Below, piece after piece: positions 24,007-35,114 of a stretch of 64,000 bases of DNA. Source of the stretch: Monocercomonoides exilis PA203 (taxonomy: Eukaryota > Protista > Preaxostyla); NCBI GenBank assembly GCA_001643675.2, contig LSRY02000002.1, positions 2,480,001 through 2,544,000 on the forward strand, given 5' to 3'. Below the pieces are notes generated by a model. It worked only from the letters and a program-made list of their open reading frames with translations. It was not told where the DNA came from and did no database searches. The number at the start of each line of letters is the position of its first letter. Position 1 is the stretch's first letter. The position numbers and the translations under genes are program-made.

Positions 24007-26664
24007 TTACTTTTTTGTAAGAAATGCTCTCAATCTGGCTTCTCTCAATTTTTGTTGATCCGAATTCGATATAGAAGGAGTTGTTGAAGACTGAGTCAAC
24101 ATTTGCCCACCCCATCCGCTTTTACCTGACTGCTTTTGCTGTTTGTTTGGAGATGATTGATTCGTTCCTCCGAGCGATTGGCCTCCACTTTTCGTCCAAG
24201 AGTTGTTGTTAAAGTTGGCTCCAGCTTTCTTTTTTCCTGAAGATTTACCTGAAGATGATTGTGGGTTGCTATCCATGCTTTTAATGAGCTGTGATGCATC
24301 CAATGCTTCGTCAATCGACTCAGCTTTTTTAAGAAAACGTGGATGAAGCCGCAAGCGCTTTAGGAAGAGCGATAGCACATTCTTCTTCTTCTTCTTCTTT
24401 GAAGAAGATGCAAACTCATTTTTACTGAAAACAGGAGATTTGGAAGTTGATTCTTTTTTTGATTCAGACTCCTCTGGTTCAACATCCATTTTTCCTGATT
24501 GCCCCTCAGATTGTTGAGTCGAATCATTTTGCTCAGAATCTTTGGAAGGTTCAATTTCTTTCGGTGGCTCTTCAACATCCATTTTTTCGCTCCCCACCAT
24601 ATCTTTCTCTTCTTCCTCTTTTTTCTCTTCCTTTTCTTTTTTTTCATCTTTTTCCATTTCTTTCGTATCTTCTTCTTCTTCTTCCTCTTCACTTTCTTCT
24701 TTTTCTTCTGTTCCATCCATTTCATTTTTCTTTGCTTTTGCTGCTTTTTCTTCATCGAGAAACTGCTGAGCAACGCTTTCTTCGCAATTCAGCCGAAGAA
24801 CAGCAGAAGGAGTGAGACCTTCGCTGAGCAAAGTTTGAGTAAGATCCATATGGCGCCTTGGAGGAGGAGCGCTTGCTGAAAAATGATGATTCAAATGCGC
24901 ATACAGAAAATATTAAATAAAAAATGAATAAATAAAAACGATGAAATATTAGCACACTTATGAAGAAAGGTAATTCTGGTTCATTTAAGACTTCTTTGAT
25001 CCAGGTGATCACATCTCCAATGGTATGAACACTGGCTACAAACAACCCTTCTATCGATGCTCCATCTGGAAACACAACACGAAGCATCGTCTTGTTATAT
25101 TCATTTCAAATTAACACGAAACAATTTTTGGTTTATCAACAAAGATAGCAACAAAAATTAAAAAAAAAAAATTAAGTTGAGATACAAAATAATTAAATAA
25201 AAAAGTTTGCAAACCACATCATCACCTGAAGATAAAACTGGCATTGGTTGAGCTGCAGATGGCTGCTGCATTTTTAATATCTGCGGACCTTGTGTACCAC
25301 GTATCCTTTGAATATAACTTTTGAGCTCCTTGTTAGATGGCTGGAACACTTCATCAGGAACAGATGAAACAAGCTTTTCAAGCGAGGCAGACAATTCAGC
25401 GGCCGATCTCTTTGGTGCCATGTTGATGCGTCTGCCATGGTCAGAGCTGTTTGCCAGTTGAAGTCGCAGCAGGCTGGCCTCATTTGGAGGAGTACTCCGC
25501 AAAGCTGCTGACCCACTGGCAGCTAAGGAACTTCCAACAGGAATCCCAGCATTCATTTCCTTTTTGATCTCATGCGCAGCTTCAAGCTGCTTCCTCAATT
25601 CGTCTGCCTTTCGTTTTTCTTCCATTAACTGACGAGAGCTACTGATCCCTGCTCCCGAGCTTTGCTTTCCTGAACGCTGACTCATCAATAAATCTAATAC
25701 ACCATCACCTTCTTTTATATCTTTTTCAACTACTTTTCCTTGCTCTGTTAGAGATAGAACAAAAGGCCGAAAATATTTATCGTCTAAATCTTCGTTGTCC
25801 TGATCTTCTTTTATTTTTTCAGAATTATTCATAGCGCTGCTTCTTTCACTTTCCATAGCTGCTTTTTGCTCTTTTAATCGAGCTTTTACTGCTTGAAAAA
25901 TTCTTTCCTTTTCATTTTCATCTAAAACATCATCCAAAAGCCCTTCAGCTGTTCTTCTATTAAGTGAGTCAATATCAGCATCCTCCTCATCATCATAATC
26001 TAATCCTCGAGATTGTTGTACTCGCTTAAGTCTTTCTTTCTCTTTTTCAGATTCTAATTTCCTTTGTTCTTCAAGGATTGACCTTTCTCTTTGCTCTCTT
26101 TGTCCTCTTCCAATTTCCCAATCCCAGTCATCTTTTTTGTTTGTTGGTGCTTGCTCTTTTGGGCTTTGCTCTTCTTCAGCTTCTTTGCGAAAAGCTGATT
26201 GAAAAGAAAACGGTTCATTGCACATTTGAATATCTGCAAATGGATTATCACCTTTTGGAATTTCTTGTTCTTTGGCAATCTTAGGTAATGGAGATGCTTG
26301 AACAGCAGGTTTTTGTCGCAACTTAATTTCTAATATGGCATTGGAAGGTAATCCACTTAATCTGAAAGGATCAGTCAAATCAACAGGTTTTCCTTTGTGA
26401 AGCAGGAGGCAATTTGTTGTTCCAACTGCAAGTTTAGCGCACGATTGCTCAAGCACATCTTGCATTTTAGTGCTGTACATTACTTCAATTTTTGTCTTTT
26501 TAGGCCCTGAACAATGCAACGAAATAAATATGAAAAACGGAGTAATTTTATTTGGAGAAAATTAATCATTCAAATATCAAGTATTCGAAGATAACATAAT
26601 AAATTGAATAACTTTTCTAAATATGAGTTTTCACACCATAAGATACAGTGAGTTGTGGAGACAT
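24007..26664 (-). CDS. ASPSCR1: UBX domain protein ASPL/TUG (Ubx4-like), p97/Cdc48 cofactor
   Basis: N-terminal TUG-UBL1-like MSPQLTVSYG|PKKTKIEVMYSTKMQDVLEQSC...VDLTDPFRLSGLPSNAILEI; UBX domain TMLRVVFPDGASIEGLF...LPFFI|SAPPP...TLLSEGLTPSAVL; three introns. Confidence 0.85.
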
Positions 26665-26795
26665 TTAACTTATTAATAAAATATAGTGGTTACTTTGATC
26701 TTTTGCATTGTATCGAATTATTTATTAAAAATTAAACATAAATAATATTGAAATTATATAAAGCACATAAAAAAAAATAGAAAGATCAGCTTAAT

Positions 26796-28817
26796 TTAAA
26801 TTTTAAATGTAAATGTTTTCGGAGAAGGCAAAGATTGAGCTAAAATTGGTAATACAGTTATAGGTATTGAAAACCGATGAACGTCTGTCTTAACAGAAGG
26901 GCAAGTATGATAGTATTCCGAAGGGAAAAACAAGTCGCAATTTGTTTCATCTGGCGTTAAAGAAGTAGACTGCTTTGAAGTATCGTTGACTGAGCTTTCA
27001 TCCTTCCCAGCTTCTTTTTCCTGGCTTTCACTTGTTGGAGGAGTGGAGCTGACAGGAATAGCAGCTATGCCCATGTGAATGCGAAGCAGATAAGACAAAG
27101 AAAAATGTGTTGTGGAGAACTGATGAGTTCCCCTGTCGATTGGAAGTGCAACGTGAAAGCCGAAGCGAATGGCAGAAGACACATCGCTGTCTGTTTTCCA
27201 CAGAGTGTGTGAGGATGTTAGCGAAGGAAGAGAAGGCAAAGTAGAGGAATCTGAAGCACCAGAAGCAGCCGATGCTGGCTGGCCAGTTGCTCTGACTTGG
27301 AACATGGAGCTGTTCAGCGTCTCCACCTGGTCCAAAGAGACAGACACAAAAACACAGCCAAATTGCTGCTCTTGCACTTGGCTACCACTCGAAGGCTTTT
27401 GAGTGTTGGAAGAAGAAGATGACGAAGATGAGGCAGGAGATGACTGGAGCCAGAGTGGATGCCTCGATCTGGCAAATTCAATGACGCCGTGCAAAAGCTG
27501 TCCGCGGTGCAGAATGGAAGATGACAAGATGACTGATGCAAGCGGAATCTGCTTTGTGGATGAAGCATTATGAGCAACAGGAGGAGATAACACAATCGAC
27601 AATGGCTGCTGGGCTTTTTTCCAAAATGCAACATGATTTGAAAGCAATGAAGAAAGCTAAACACACAAAGTTATATAAAATATTGATTCACATGAAAATA
27701 CAGTTGAATAAGAAACAACAGTTGAACAATAAAACAAACATCAAGAGGTGTTTCTTCTTTATGTCGAGGAGGGCACGATACTTTTTGCACAACGGCCGAA
27801 CTTTCATGAGAAACTTTTTCTGATTCGCTTTTTTCAACAGTTGCTTTTGTAACATTCATCTCATCTCCTTTGATTTCTTCTTTGATCATTGAATTGAGTG
27901 CTTTTGTGAACAAGTTAAGTTTTAAGTTCCCCCAATTTTCTTCATTTTCATCTTCCTTTTCATCAGAAGGAGTTTCATCTTTTGATTGCTTGTTTTGTTG
28001 AGGTTCTTTCCCAGATTCTTTTTCTTTTTCGTCAACTTTAAGATTTGAAACAAGACATTTACAAATACAAATTTTTTATAAACAAATAGGAAACCAATTT
28101 ATTAATAAACAATAATAACAAAATTTCAAACGAATAATTAGATCTGCTGGAAGAAGAGATGAATGAACAAAGCATTGAGGCATGACAATCTCTTCAAGTG
28201 CTGCTTCCGGACTGCTAATAACAATGGATATATTAGAAGTCTGAACTGGATGTTGTGAACGTAAAGTTCCAATTGTTAAAACGTGATTCACATTAACAAG
28301 ATTTCCTGTGTACGTTGGCGGTAAGTGATTTGGAAAATAACAACGAAAACGATCTGTCAAAAAGAAAATTTTTATTTTCACAAAATAAAAAATGATTTAA
28401 CAAATGCACAAACAATGCCTTTCTTCAGAAGGTAAAAATTTATAATTACATTCAACAATCATTGCTTGTGACGCATATATTGAAAATCCACGAGAACCTG
28501 ACATTTAGAATTACAATGATTTACAAGTTTCAAAAATAAATTTTAAAAAAATAAAAAATAAATATAAAAATTTAAAATAATTGCATCATGCCCAAATCTG
28601 TTGGGTCCGGCAACGATGTTGATATCGGCGGACGCCTTATTGTGTGATAATGATAAGTGTCATCGACATTTGTTGTTAGCAGAAAATCTCCATGGAGCTG
28701 CGCAGAAATTAATTCTACTTCCAAAGGAACCTTTGCAACATTGCGAACAGTTATGTCCGCCTCGAACAATTCACCAGGGAAATACTCCTCTTTGCTGGGG
28801 AGGCAAGAAATCCACAT
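26796..28817 (-). CDS. RGP1: RGP1 homolog (Rab6/Ypt6 GEF subunit, arrestin-like fold), multi-exon
   Basis: YFPGELFEADITVRN..ISAQLHG; FRCYFPNHLPPTYTGNLVNVNHVLTIG; C-terminal FGFHVALPIDRGTHQFSTTHFSLSYLLRIH. Confidence 0.8.
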
Positions 28818-28942
28818 TCTTTTTAATGATTGGGACACGATCAAAGTTAACTTTTATCTTTTTTTAAACAGATTGCATGAGGTTTTATTACACATATACA
28901 AAATAGCTATTTTAGCATTTAATTTTTATAAATTATATAGAG

Positions 28943-31592
28943 ATGAATTTTGAAACGGAAAGCGATTTTGTAGCTGAATTACGCCAAATTACTTATTATC
29001 CACTTTGGGAGCCCGTCCAAATTCAAATACCTTTTGTACAACCAAAACCAGGGCCTCCTAGAATTGGAACTCATTTTGTTGTTTATTCAAAAACAATTCA
29101 ATTGGCGGAAGCGCTTAGCTCTTGGATTTTATCTGGAAAAAATGTTTCCAATGGTATTTTGTTATGTTAAATATATCAATGCTTTTTATTCAGTAAATTG
29201 TATATTTATTTTCTCTCAAAGCCATTTTAACACAAGTTATTTTGCATTGCAAGAAATTACGAGAAAGAGCTTCATACACAGGAAGAATTATTCCTTTTCG
29301 AGAAGGATACATTTGTAACTCGAGCATTTTCTTGTTTAACATTATTTTAGGATCTATGCAATGCAGATGCCCAAAGAAAGATCCTTCTTCGTCATCTTCA
29401 ACGCCACAAGAAGTGAAAAAAAAAGAAACAACTCCTTGTTCATGTTCAGTTTGTATTTTAAAAACAAAATGCAGACACATCATTGAATATTTACTAGATG
29501 TGATAAAGTTAACTAATACATATCAAATGAATTCATTCATTACACGTTTTTTCTTTTCTTCGTTCTCGACTCTAAATTGGGGATCTCAACAAGAGTATCA
29601 TGATGGACTGCGATTATCACCTGGGATTGTCTCATTTGGAACATTCATCCACACAGAGTTAATTGACATAGGTCGAATTTGCGGTCCTGAATTTGCAGTG
29701 CGAATGATGTGGCCCGTTCTTCTATATGGCACCCGAACAGCTGCTTCCGCTCTGGAAAGCGCGCATGCATCACCTGCGCGGACAGAGCAATTGAAGGCAG
29801 ACATCATTGGACTGCTTCTGCTGGCATATCGATGGACTCCATTTCTGTCACAAGGGAGAATAGCATTCATCAGCGGGATGGAGTGCATTGTGCGGCGCCT
29901 GCTGATCTTCCTCGGTATCCTTACGATGCCTCTGAGCAGCATAGCCCCCTTTCTCACTGCCATGTCTCATGCTGAGAAGCACGCAATCAGCAGCTCCATC
30001 GCATCCATCGACACTGACATTGATCCTGACGTGCTTTCTGTGAGGCGCTCTTTGTCTCCCCCACTTCACGGCTCCTCCAATTCATATGCTTCAGCTTCTT
30101 CTGGGCAGTCGTCGCCTTCCTCTCCTTCGCCTCATTCGCAGTGCTCTTCTCCTTCACATCCTGGAGGGCCTGCCATGACCTCTCCATCACCTCCGCCACA
30201 GGTCCCATCTTCCACTCCCCAACAGACATGGAATCTAATGGCAGACTCTCTCTTTCCCTATGTCATCTCCTTCCCAAATGAGGATGTATCTGACCAAACA
30301 AAACCCAGCTCTCCTCATCCACCAGGTGCAGCCTCGCCTTCTACCACAACTTCGCCTTCATTTCACTCTGTCTTTCTTTCTGGACACTTCAACGAAGCTT
30401 ATTCATCACCACCGATCTCACGCACGTCATCTCCATCCAACTCTTCCTCTCCTGCCCCGTCAACAGCTGTCAGTGCAATGCAGAGTGCTGGTCTTAGCTC
30501 AAGCAGCAGCAGTGTCGGCATCGGCGTTGGTAGTGTTGGGGGTGCATCGGGTGTGTCTCAGCGGGGAGGGGCCAAGTCGATGCTGCAATGCTGGGCTCAG
30601 AGTGCGCTGAAGGCGTCGCAGCGGCAGAAGATCATCCCGTTTGTGCAGCCATACAGCAGCTGGGAGGAGATCCTGGCCTCTTCGACAGTCACGCAGGTGC
30701 AGCAGGAGTTCTACCACGTTGCAGCGACGATGAAGAACGAGAAGCACAAATGGAGAGAAGAGGCTGTGCGGATGCTCAGAACAGCCTACGTCAACTCTGA
30801 GGCTATTGCTGGTGTAGCTATTGATTTGCTGGCATTCAGCCCTATTTTGAAGGCTGTGAAGATGAAGCAGCCAAAGAGACAAGGATCTCGATTTGTACAA
30901 TGTTTGTGACAACTCTATTGTAACAATGACAACAAATAATTAATTTAATTAAAAAATGAAATAATTCATTTTCAATTTTTTGTGTTTCTTTCTTCTTTCA
31001 TTCAGCACAAAATCCACAAAGTGCATCTGCAGCATCTCTTGGCACTTCTGCCGAAGAGAATCCATTTTCTGAGCTTCCTCGTCCGCCTCTGATGACAGCG
31101 CATTCGTCAAAGCGAGGAGGCATTCTGAAAGAAGGAGAGATGAGAACTGATGGCATGCAGAAGGGAGGGAAAGAAGGAAATGAAGGAGGCAGCGACGAGG
31201 GAGAAGGAGAAAGAGAAGGGGAAGGAGAGAGAGAAGGAGATGAGTCAGACAGCAGCGACGACCTGGGCGACATCAACGACAACGAGGCATATGAAGAAGA
31301 CGACTTCAACTTCGAGCCACTTCGTCCGCTTGTCACTTTGGACGATGTCATCACGATGGTTCTGCGGAGATCAGAGCTGCAAAGGAAGATAGCTGTGAGT
31401 GCTGTGCCGTATTCAGTGGCCTCGGCGCTTGCACGCTCCACGCGGCCGAAGCTGGAGATGGAGCCTCCCATCACAGGAGACGAGGCACTGCAGCTTGTTG
31501 AGATTTATGGGGTGATTGACTCTTTGCAGGCAGACTCTGGCGAGGATCCAATGGATAACAGAGAAGACGATGGGAGAGGTGAAGAGAACTGA
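28943..31592 (+). CDS. Hypothetical protein with possible SWIM-type Zn finger and Ser/Pro-rich region, multi-exon
   Basis: ATG 28943; ORFs 29242-30909 and 31092-31592 separated by AT-rich GT-AG introns; CSCSVCILKTKCRHII motif. Confidence 0.65.
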
Positions 31593-31970
31593 ATGCTGTT
31601 GCTTGTTAATATTATTGAATTCGTGTTTACAAACCATTTTATTTGGAAATTGACTTATATTTTATGAAATTTCTGTTGTTATTATTATGTTTTTATGTAT
31701 ATTTATGTACAATCATATTTTTTTTCTTTTTTCAAATAAATAATTATTTTTTTATATAAACACTGACAACAATTTTTTTTTTCATTTCACACGTACATTA
31801 ATAAAGACTTATGCAATTTAAAGATCATTTATTCTACAAAGACGATTTAAACAGTTTTATTTTCTGAGATCATGAAAATAAAACAAATTGATCTGATGCA
31901 TTATCTCCTTTCCATCATTTTTATCTCTCTTTATTTCCGCTTTTTTTGCGGAACAGAATTTTATTCATAG

Positions 31971-33193
31971 ATGGCACACCAGGAGCAACCTAAGAAAAAG
32001 ACTATTTTCCAAGTGATGAGGGAATATGAAAAGAAAATTGAGGACAGACAGCGTCAGTTCGAAGAAATTCAAGAGGAGGTTCTTCACTTGAAATCGGAGA
32101 TTAAAGCAGAAAGAATTACACTTCAAAATACTCAAGCCATTGAAGAGGTTAAGGAAGGTTTGCAAATTATTATTGCATTTTTATTTTTCAATTTATTTTA
32201 TCAAAACTTAATTCTATTTTTTTCAGCTGTCTTTTTTGAGAGGAAGAAATTAGAAAATCAAATACACGAATTAACATTAGAATTAGAAAGGAGAGAAACT
32301 ATTCTCGCAACAACTACTCAATCATCTGTTTGGAATTTTTGTTTTGTATTCATATTGATAAGGGATTTATTACTATTTTTATATGTGTATAGGAAATGAA
32401 AGATGATGAAATCAAGCAATTCAAACAAGATAATGGAGCTGAAGAAGAGTCCATTCGTGAATTTTTGGAATCTCATGCGGAATCAAAAGCAAAAATTGAG
32501 CATTTCAGAGAAGAGACAATCAAGAACGAAAGGCAGACAAAGACTTTGCAGTTTCGTAAAACTCAACTTTTAACCATGCTTGCTCTTTTGAAAGCAGCAT
32601 ATGACAGCGATTCGCGGTCTGTATGTCCTCAAATACCAAGTGTTCCAGCGGAAGCAAGATTGGTAACAACAGAAAGCGAAATGATTCCTGATGTATTTTT
32701 TGATCTGGTAACATCTTTGCAGCAAAAGATGGAAGAATCTTCTGAAAGTGTTAAACAGCTTCTTGAAGATAAACAATCAATTTGCGATGACTTGGAAGAG
32801 GACTTGAAGCAATTCACACGAGATTCAAGACAATCATCTGAGAAAATGCAACTTACAAGAAAAGAAAGGGAATTAACGCAAAAAAGGAAAGAGATTGAAG
32901 AAGCCATTGAGAGGGACGAAAAGGAGAGAAGGCGATCGGGTCGCCCCTCATCAGGCTTAGGAAGCTTTGCTGACGAATATCAAGAAGCAGCTGACACAGG
33001 AGCAGGTGGGATGGGCTCACCAGGAATGAGCAGCATGAGAAAGACAGGTCTGAACGGTCCGATTGGCAAAAGAACACCAAAGAGATCTGCGATGTCTCCG
33101 ATGCAGCCACCGAAAAAGGTTATTGGTGGCCCCAAAAATATACTTATTGGCGGGCCTGGAATTGAAAGATCAGTCTCCAGGTCACACCTCTAA
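31971..33193 (+). CDS. Hypothetical coiled-coil protein, 3 exons
   Basis: Heptad-rich E/K/Q ORFs 31971-32399 and 32396-33193 interrupted by T-rich introns. Confidence 0.75.
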
Positions 33194-33838
33194 GTTCGTA
33201 GTCTTTTGTTTTCTTTCCTTGTTCTATTGAAGTATACCGCATATAATTATGCTGGAATATTTCTTTTTTCTTCGTTATCAACATCTTCTCGAAAGTATTT
33301 CTTCTCATTTCCCAAAATATAATTTTCTTGATTATGAATAATTATTTTCTCAAAGCAAAACCTTTTGCTTTGCTTTCATTTAGTGGAAATGACAAATCAA
33401 AAGCTTTTATTCATTTCCTTGATTCTTGTTAATTTTTAGCTTCAAATTAAGAATTATCTTAATTTTCATCTCATCTTCAGTTTCAATCGACTGCATCTAT
33501 TTCTTTTTCATTACAATCAAAAAATTCACACTTTTTAATCTCTAAAATCAAGTGAAATACGAAAAGTTTATGCTGATTTATTTAATTATTATCAATAACG
33601 AACAATAAAGATAGAAAGCACAGAATGTATTGAAAAAGTTAAAAAAAAAATAAAAAATCGATTAAACAAAAAGTAGATGATGTCCAATGATGTATTTGTC
33701 TGAAGATGTTTTTGATTTGTTCATTATTTTTAATTTCAAGAATGTCTATTGTACAATAGAAAACGATTTGATATTGCAGTCTTCATGAACAAATCGTCTA
33801 TATTATGCTGGCAGCACCAAAATAGCTTTTTGAACATT

Positions 33839-35006
33839 TTATTTCCATATTCCTGGAATTTCTGTTCCACAGCTCTTGCACTTTCCTGTTTCAACATCAA
33901 ATTTAGATTTGTCAACTGTTGTATTCATCATCCCAATTCTACGAACTAATACGGATCCACATTTCGGGCATTCTGTATTGCTTTTCCCAGAAGATCCAAC
34001 ATTGCCCATATAAATGAAGTTAACTCCGTTCTTTTTGCCAATACGATATGCTCGCTCAAGAGTCGATAAGGGTGTTCGCGGAGTGTCCATCATTTTAAAT
34101 TCGGGGTGAAATGCGGAAATATGCCATGGAATGGATGGATCAACAGATACAAGCCACTTCGTCAAAGCATCAAGCTCTTCATCGCTGTCATTTTCACCGG
34201 GAATCAGGAGTGTTGTTGTTTCGACCCAAATTCCGGCTTTTTTTGCTCTTTCAACAGTTGCCAAAACTGGTGCAATTGATGACTTGCAATGCTTTTTATA
34301 AAATTCATCGGTAAAAGCTTTAACATCAACGTTAAATGCATCTATTAATCCGGCAAGCATATCCACAGCCTCTGGAGTTTCATATCCATTTGTAACAAAC
34401 ACTGTTTTAATTCCATGAGGCTTTACAAGAGCAGCAGTTGCCATTGCGTAATCCATAAATATTGTAGGTTCATTGTATGTAAATGCTACACTTGGAGATC
34501 TTGATTCAATGCAATGTTGCGCAATTTGCTCAGGTGAAAGTTTAATTCCAAGGAGTGAATCTTCAATGTCTCCAGTTCGACAAGCAGATCCTGCAATCTG
34601 ATCCACTTGACTTATATCCCAGTTTTGACAAAAATCACATTTAAAATTGCACCCGATTGTGCCAATACTGTAGATTGGAGTTCCTGGAAGAAAATGATGC
34701 AATGGTTTTTTTTCCTTGTTTTAAAAAATATGAAGCAAAAAGTGAACATTTCACTTTTATAAAGCAAGCATACAATTGGATCAGTATGATGTGCTATTGC
34801 TCTCCCAAATACCATCGAAACGATGGAGCCATCAACATTTTTTCTCACGCCGCATATTCCTGCTCTTCCAGGAGTTATAATGCATCCTACACAGAAACAT
34901 ATTCATCAAAATAACGCAAAAAGAAAAGGTTCTACATACGATGCGAGCAGCATAAACATTTTACTTTCTTATCGTCAAGAGACTCCCAAGTTTTTGGTGC
35001 TGACAT
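33839..35006 (-). CDS. amrS: AmmeMemoRadiSam system radical SAM enzyme (PflA-like, COG1180), 351 aa, 3 exons
   Basis: Spliced N-terminus VKCLCCSHRCIITPGRAGICGVRKNVDG...DPIEKKPLHHFLPG; CxxxCxxC motif GCNFKCDFCQNWDISQ; AFTYNEPT; WHISAFHPEFKM; YMGNV..TECPKCG..KCKSCG..IPGIW. Introns 34887-34939 and 34715-34773. Confidence 0.92.
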
Positions 35007-35114
35007 TTAAAATATAAATATGGGAATATTTTGATCTTTATTTTTCCTGATTATTTCAGTTCGATTCAATAAAAAACTGCGTTTTTAAAAAACCGCACAC
35101 TAAAAAGAAACATT

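Noticed and set aside
13239-28817. Clustering of trafficking genes AP2A, TUG and RGP1
   Set aside because: Different pathways and orientations, interspersed with unrelated genes; no evidence of a functional cluster.
33351-33372. 10-bp inverted repeat CAAAGCAAAA-CC-TTTTGCTTTG (terminator-like) between convergent genes
   Set aside because: Low-complexity, A/T-rich, eukaryotic context; intrinsic terminators do not apply.
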